Of a stretch of 64,000 nucleotides of DNA, positions 62,300 through 64,000 are shown one piece after another. Under the pieces are notes generated by a model, which did no database searches, had not been told where the DNA came from, and worked only from the letters and a program-made list of their open reading frames with translations. Made by a program: the position numbers and the translations under genes. Position 1 is the first letter of the stretch. The number at the start of each line of letters is the position of its first letter. Source of the stretch: Anthoceros angustus (taxonomy: Eukaryota > Plantae > Anthocerotophyta). The stretch covers positions 124,001 through 188,000 of the forward strand of contig MU008184.1 in NCBI GenBank assembly GCA_010909165.1. Reading direction: 5' to 3'.

Positions 62300-64000
62300 T
62301 CGATCGCTCGGGGGACGTCGATTGGAGACAGCCAAGTTGTTAACGATATCCATCAAGTTCCTTAAAGTTTCTCCTCCAACTCTGAGATTTTCCCAGTTGC
62401 TAGCTCCGTGCCTGCAACTTTCAGTTTTTCTGTTTCTATCGTCTCCTGTACGAACTACTGTCGTTCGATCTCCATCTTTTGCTCCGCTCTGGTTGCTGAA
62501 TTTCGCTCTCCAGGTTCTTCAGCTCATTCTGTAATTTCGCAAAGCAACGTTCCCTCACAAGTCACTTTAGAAACCTTGTGCACGCAAGCCACAAGAATTT
62601 GCAATTTGTGAAAATGTCATCTAACCTCGTACTTCTCTGTTGGGCTTAGGTGCTCTGTGCGGAACCTGTTCCGAACTTCCATTCCTCGGTGACAGTTTCT
62701 TGCTACTTTTTTTCCTGCACAAACCAGGTCTGAGTTAGTGGGAAACCGCTCCCCTCCCCTCCTCGGCTCGTCGGCACTACGACAAGAAAGCTTCAACTCA
62801 TTTGCTAAAAGGAAAAGAAAAAGATAAAGCTTCACCTCCGGTCCTTCAAGCGAGCTGCTTCGTGTCTGCTTCATTCTGGCTGTCTTTGGTGCTGATCTCC
62901 CTATAGAGCGCCTGCAGGGATGCCATTTGTGCATCCAACTCACGAGCCCGTTGCTGCATCTGCTGATTGTGCAACTCTAGCACTCGTTGAGAATCCGCTC
63001 CCAGGGTTTCCCTCTCTGTCACAGATTACCTCACCGTTGGCAACAGAGGCTGGAAACATGGAAACACGAAACCATGACAAGAACCCAGCTGAGAGGTCCC
63101 AAACCTTGTATGTGCTTCTCTTCCAGCAGCTGCATTTCCAGCTCCGCTTTCTTACTAGTCTCCTCGGCACCCTCCATCCTGTTAGTCGTTTTAATGTTGT
63201 CCGTGTCTGCCTTTTCCAGCAACTGCATTTGCTGTTGGATGGTTTCAGGTGCACGCAGCTGCTTGGGCAACTGCTTGCCAGTCCTCATTTCCTCTTCCAC
63301 CAGCGGGCTCATGGTCATCAAATTATGATTCTTCCGCAAAAACTCCCCGACTTTGCCTTCATCATTGTAGTCTTCTTCACCGGCCATCCAACCATACAGG
63401 TCCGTCCCCTGCCGATCCGTCCCCTTGTTCTCATTCCAATCCTGCCTTCCCCGATGTTTCTGAACAAAACTTCTCTCAAACAGTCGGCAATCCCCATACC
63501 CCTCCACATCTCGCTTAAACATAATAGCCGCGACCCCCATGGGCCCGTCGAAACCCCAGAACACCTTCACCTGCTCGGGATCGAACTCCTCAAACTGCTG
63601 CCTCAGCTCTCCGCGCCCGGGGCTGACCCGTCTGCCATCCGGGTCAAGGGTCTGGGCATTGTAGATGAGTCCCACCCACGGGTGCACCACCTGGTGCTCG
63701 GCCGGGACCCGCTTCGGCGCGGCCTTCATCGTTTCGAACCGCTCTGCCACAGAAAAAAAAGTACCACACAACGTCACTGCCAACCCCCTGGCATCCACTG
63801 ATCACACGACAAGTCAGAAACAAAACAAGATGCACTCACACAAACCCACCTCCTCGATTCTCCTCCTCGACCAACTGCATCTCCAACTCAGCCGTCACCT
63901 TAGCCTGCTCCGAAGCCTCCCCCCTGTTACTGAGGCTGAATTTCTCTGTTTCCGCCCTGGACAGCATATGCGTCTCCTTCTGCTGGTCTACCACCCCCTC
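62300..64000 (-). pseudogene. IDN2/FDM-like copy 4 with a second XS exon after intron 1; 3' exons frameshifted, XH absent; 5' end lies outside the window
   Basis: Exon ..AELEMQLVEEENRG, intron 63849-63744, exon ERFETMKAAPKRVPAEHQVVHPWVG..LYGWMAGEEDY..AELEMQLLEEKH (63743-63105), then coiled-coil exons. Confidence 0.8.

Overview
Eukaryotic nuclear DNA from a land plant. Short GT-AG introns, a RAB21 gene, many PLS-PPR fragments and an RbcS suggest a non-flowering plant, possibly a hornwort; this is an inference. The left part (1-28 kb) is gene-dense. It holds an MRL1-like PPR gene, NDC1, a divergent DUR3 transporter, a MITE, tRNA-Cys and two paralogous basic micro-proteins. It also holds a telo-box/TATA-driven snoRNA cluster (U14, a P-loop guide, orphan guides), a spliced LHP1-derived gene with only a chromo-shadow domain, the MAA3/SEN1 helicase and RAB21. 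The right part (28-64 kb) is a birth-and-death island with four IDN2/FDM-like XS/XH loci, two of which show a doubled XS exon. It also contains a copia remnant, an atypical RbcS, PPR pseudogene fragments and an 18.8 kb CACTA transposon with a 3-bp TSD inserted in a PPR gene. The transposon interior is tandemly duplicated and full of small indels, which may be assembly error. The best novelty candidates are the shadow-only LHP1 gene, the double-XS IDN2-like architecture, the micro-protein pair, the altered RbcS and the altered DUR3. Gene models and family calls were made by eye and from recalled family motifs; no searches were run.
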